Origin: Cenarchaeum sp.
GTDB taxonomy: Archaea; Thermoproteota; Nitrososphaeria; Nitrososphaerales; Nitrosopumilaceae
Length of the DNA stretch: 64,000 bases
Assembly (NCBI GenBank): GCA_963693095.2
Contig: OY843768.1
Location: 128,001-192,000 of the forward strand
Direction: 5' to 3'
Part shown: positions 60,680-64,000 of the stretch, piece after piece
How positions within the stretch are numbered: position 1 is the first letter of the stretch
Layout: each line of letters starts with the position of its first letter
Position numbers and translations under genes: made by a program
Notes under the pieces: model-generated
Databases searched by the model: none
Seen by the model: the letters and a program-made list of their open reading frames with translations, nothing else
What the model was told of the DNA's origin: nothing

Positions 60680-60777
60680 CCTGTTGCCCCGTCACGCCCC
60701 TGGGGCAGGCGTCGCGGCAGATGGATCGGCAGGATCACGCCTATTTGGTCAAATGGGCAGGGGTGCTGACATCATAC
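60680..60777. mobile_element. MITE copy with eroded left end
   Basis: GGATCACGCCTATTTGGTCAAATGGGCAGGGGTGCTGACATCATAC matches the right half of the 58104 copy. Confidence 0.8.
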
Positions 60778-60825
60778 CCCAAAACCCATGATCCCCTTAT
60801 ATATGGGCCAAATGGGGGCGTGGCA

Positions 60826-62208
60826 ATGAACACAAGACAACTACGCACGCTACTCCCCGTGGCCGCAGTCGCGGCAGTGGGGATGACGCTGCTAGGAAGC
60901 TCCTACACGCAGACACAGATATCGGGCATGACGCTAGACACGTCAGCACTAGACATTGACGCCATACAGCAGATCCACGACATGGGCGGCCTCAGGCTAG
61001 TCATGCCGGAGGCATTCGCACAGATGGACTGTGGCGACCTTGACACATCAGGGCGCGACATAGTCAACCTGGACCTAATCGGCGAGAGCGTAATGCTGCC
61101 GATCATGGGTCACACCGCAGAGAACCCAAAGACATTCCATGCAATGACCTTTAACGGCCAGGTGCCAGCACCTACGCTGAGGGTCACGCAGGGCGATGTT
61201 GTGAGGATGACGCTGACGATTCCGGACGGTGAACTAACGCCGCACGGCAACGACATGCACGCCTCACAGATATCGGCAACAAACTTCGATGCGGTAAACC
61301 CAGGCGAGTCAGCAACGTACTGCTACATAGCACACGTTCCAGGCGTCTTCAAGTACCACTGCTCGGGCGTTAACGTCGCGGCTATGGACCAGCACGTCCT
61401 CTCGGGCATGTATGGCATAGCCATCGTCGACCCGCTCGACGGCTACAAGAGGCTCATGGTCGAAAAGACGGCAGTAGAGAACGGAGAGGTCGTAAAGGAC
61501 AGGATGTTCTATCCGCCTGACGCACTCGAGTTCCAGCTGCAGTACAACCAGCTCTACCTGACTGACTCTGGCACATATGACAGCACGGCAATGTTCAAGC
61601 ACCAAAACACGCAGACAGTCGTCAACGGAATGCAGTTCGGATACGTCCCCAACGAGACGCACAACACCCTAGTCAAAGATGATCCCAAAAAGAACATCTT
61701 TGTGGCACAGCCATGGAACTCCGAAGACCTCGCACAGTACCAGTCGCAGCTCCTCTTCGTGGAGACCGACCAGCACGTGAGGTTCTTTGTTGAGAACCAG
61801 GGCAACGAGCCGGTGTTCTTCCACATTGTCGGCGAGATCCTAGACAGGGTCACGCAGGGCAACAGAGTCCAGTCCGGGCCTACCGAGACGTGGCTCCTTG
61901 GAGGATCGCAGAACATGATCGTCGACGTCGTCTTTGACGAACCGGGCGTATACGTCGCAGTCAACCATGACTATGCGGCGATATTCTCTGGTGCGGCGAC
62001 GATCATAGTGGCTGGAGACCCCTTTGGCCTGGTCGAAAAGCACGACCTGCCAGATGCAGTGTCCAAGTCATACGCGTATGCGCTAGGAAACCCGAGTGAC
62101 GCAGTCCCTCCGATGGGAGATCAGAGCATGGAGCACCCAATGGTGAACCTGCACGGCCTCTACACCGACGAGCGGGCTGCAGAGCTCAGCACACAGCTCG
62201 GCCTATAG
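60826..62208 (+). CDS. nirK: Copper-containing nitrite reductase (archaeal NirK)
   Basis: HGNDMHA, YHC...DQHVLSGM, FHIVGE and AVNHD copper ligands; N-terminal signal; TATA at 60797-60804. Confidence 0.93.
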   Translation: MNTRQLRTLLPVAAVAAVGMTLLGSSYTQTQISGMTLDTSALDIDAIQQIHDMGGLRLVMPEAFAQMDCGDLDTSGRDIVNLDLIGESVMLPIMGHTAENPKTFHAMTFNGQVPAPTLRVTQGDVVRMTLTIPDGELTPHGNDMHASQISATNFDAVNPGESATYCYIAHVPGVFKYHCSGVNVAAMDQHVLSGMYGIAIVDPLDGYKRLMVEKTAVENGEVVKDRMFYPPDALEFQLQYNQLYLTDSGTYDSTAMFKHQNTQTVVNGMQFGYVPNETHNTLVKDDPKKNIFVAQPWNSEDLAQYQSQLLFVETDQHVRFFVENQGNEPVFFHIVGEILDRVTQGNRVQSGPTETWLLGGSQNMIVDVVFDEPGVYVAVNHDYAAIFSGAATIIVAGDPFGLVEKHDLPDAVSKSYAYALGNPSDAVPPMGDQSMEHPMVNLHGLYTDERAAELSTQLGL

Positions 62209-62278
62209 CCAACAGCACACTATCTTCATTTTTCATCTCCCAAATCGTTATAACCCGTGCGCACGCCCCTCGGCCACG

Positions 62279-63208
62279 TTGGCCGCAAACTCTGCCCTGA
62301 TATGCGACAAGGTTGACCCCATACTCAACAAGATACTCTCCGATAACGGGATTGAGGTGACCTACGAGCCAGAGATCACGCCTGAGGCCCTCCTCGAGTC
62401 AGTCGCAGACTGCACGATAATCGTCGTGCGCAGCCGCACAAAGGTGACCTCTGAGGTCATTGCGCGCGCTACGTCATGTAAGATAGTCGCGCGTGTCGGA
62501 GTCGGCCTAGACAACATCGACACTGAGGCGTGCAAGGCGCGCGAGATACGCGTCCTCAACGCAGTCGAGGGCGCGATGAACGCCGTCGCCGAGCTCGTCC
62601 TGGCTCTCATGCTCTCGATGGCACGCCAGATACCACGCGCCGATGCTGCCCTGCGCGAGGGGCGCTGGCTCAAAAAGGAGCTCGTGGGCAGCGAGCTGCG
62701 CGGCAAGTACCTCGGGATCGTCGGCATGGGCAACATTGGCAAGCGCCTCGCGCGCCTCGCGCGCTCGCTAAACATGAACATAATCGGCTATGACGTCGTG
62801 CCCATCGACGCCGAGCTCTCGCGCGAAGTTGGGCTGATGAAGGCCGACCTTGACACGCTGTTCCAGAGCTCCGACTATGTCTCGCTCCACGTGCCCCTCC
62901 TCGACTCGACGAAAAACCTCGTTGATGCGCGACGCCTTGCGATGATGAAGCCGACTGCACGCCTCATCAACACGTCGCGTGGGGGAATAGTTGACGAGGA
63001 TGCGCTATATGACGCAGTCTCATCAGGCAAGCTTGCCGGCGCGGCACTTGACGTCTTTGATGTCGAGCCGGCCACGTCTAGCCGGCTCAGGGAGCTCGAG
63101 CAGGTTGTCCTCACGCCGCACATGGGCGCGCAGACGGCCGAGGCCCAGGGACTTGCGGCCAACGTCATTGGCGAAAAGATAGTGCAGGCAGTGCGCGGCG
63201 TCATCTAG
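62279..63208 (+). CDS. serA: D-3-phosphoglycerate dehydrogenase-like 2-hydroxyacid dehydrogenase
   Basis: RVGVGLDNID, G.GNIG, INTSRG, LDVF..EP and TPH.GAQT motifs. Confidence 0.85.
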   Translation: MAANSALICDKVDPILNKILSDNGIEVTYEPEITPEALLESVADCTIIVVRSRTKVTSEVIARATSCKIVARVGVGLDNIDTEACKAREIRVLNAVEGAMNAVAELVLALMLSMARQIPRADAALREGRWLKKELVGSELRGKYLGIVGMGNIGKRLARLARSLNMNIIGYDVVPIDAELSREVGLMKADLDTLFQSSDYVSLHVPLLDSTKNLVDARRLAMMKPTARLINTSRGGIVDEDALYDAVSSGKLAGAALDVFDVEPATSSRLRELEQVVLTPHMGAQTAEAQGLAANVIGEKIVQAVRGVI

Positions 63209-63965
63209 CGCGGCGCGCAATTCGCGCAGCAGCGGCCCCGCCGCCGATTCCATTGTCAATGTTCACCGTTGCGAGTCCCGGCGAGCAGCTCTGCAGCATG
63301 GATGCCAGCGCGGCGGCCCCGCGGCCGGCATGGCCGTACCCGACTGACGTCGGGATGCCGATGACGGGTATGTCGACTAGCGAGGAGACTACTGTGGCGA
63401 GGGCTCCCTCCATTCCGGCCACGACAATGATCGCCCCAACGTCACCTTTGGCCATTTGCTCCACTGCCGGAAACACCCTTCCGAGGGCCGCAATCCCTAC
63501 GTCGTACTCGGTTGTGCACTTGCAGTCCATGGCCTCGCACATGAGGCGGGCCTCCTCGGCGACGCCAATGTCTGACGTGCCGGCGGCCATTATGCCGACG
63601 CGCCCGAGCACGCGCCGCCTGCGCCCCTTTTTTGCCAGCACGGCAGTCGAGCGGCGCGCAAGCGTGACGCTTGCGCCCAGTGACCTGAGGTGGGCTGCCA
63701 GCGCACCCCTCTCCCTTGCGCGAACCCTTGACACCAGCGCGACGCCCGAGCTCTTGAGGAGCCTTGATGCTATGGCCCTAGTCTCGGCTGCAGTCTTTGT
63801 CGAGGCGAGGACTACCTCGGGTGCGCCGGTTCGATCGCGCCTTGATGTGTCAACGCGCGCAAACCCGCCTACGCGCTCTATGGAGTTGAGCGAGATTAGC
63901 GTTCGTGCGCGCTGCGCGCCGATGCGCCCTGACTGCAGCGACTCTAGTATCTCGTCGAGCTCCAT
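63201..63965 (-). CDS. larB: LarB-family (AIR carboxylase-like) protein
   Basis: D..R..RTG.PEVV, AGTSD..VAEEA, AGMEGAL, PTSVGYG and VNIDNG motifs. Confidence 0.88.
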   Translation of the reverse strand: MELDEILESLQSGRIGAQRARTLISLNSIERVGGFARVDTSRRDRTGAPEVVLASTKTAAETRAIASRLLKSSGVALVSRVRARERGALAAHLRSLGASVTLARRSTAVLAKKGRRRRVLGRVGIMAAGTSDIGVAEEARLMCEAMDCKCTTEYDVGIAALGRVFPAVEQMAKGDVGAIIVVAGMEGALATVVSSLVDIPVIGIPTSVGYGHAGRGAAALASMLQSCSPGLATVNIDNGIGGGAAAARIARRAR

Positions 63966-64000
63966 CGCGCGCATTCTGAGCTGTGCGGATAAATACCTAG

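Noticed and set aside
60541-60825. 95-aa N-terminal extension of NirK
   Set aside because: It runs through MITE sequence and the TATA box; the signal peptide begins at 60826.

Overview
High-GC genome segment from an ammonia-oxidising archaeon (Nitrososphaerota, Nitrosopumilaceae-like). It carries amoA/amoX, candidate amoY/amoZ, nirK, two 3HP/4HB carbon-fixation enzymes, a cobalamin operon, thermosome, archaeal ribosomal proteins, tRNA-Ala(CGC) and tRNA-Thr(GGT). A sponge-symbiont lifestyle is plausible but is inference from the high GC and accessory content. Accessory elements worth attention: (i) an intact IS630 next to an AT-rich type III R-M island whose mod gene is frameshifted at a C11 tract, a candidate archaeal phasevarion; (ii) a translationally coupled array of seven tiny ORFs in which three paralogues alternate with Cys/His-rich peptides, bracketed by a perfect 19-bp direct repeat and close to an orphan HK97-like capsid gene and tRNA-Ala; (iii) a YwgA-like plus SAMHD1-like HD dNTPase cassette; (iv) a two-letter heptamer array inside an amo locus that lacks amoB and amoC; (v) a ~111-bp MITE family that brackets a HEPN-like island and sits at the nirK promoter. 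All product calls come from motif recognition only; no database searches were run.
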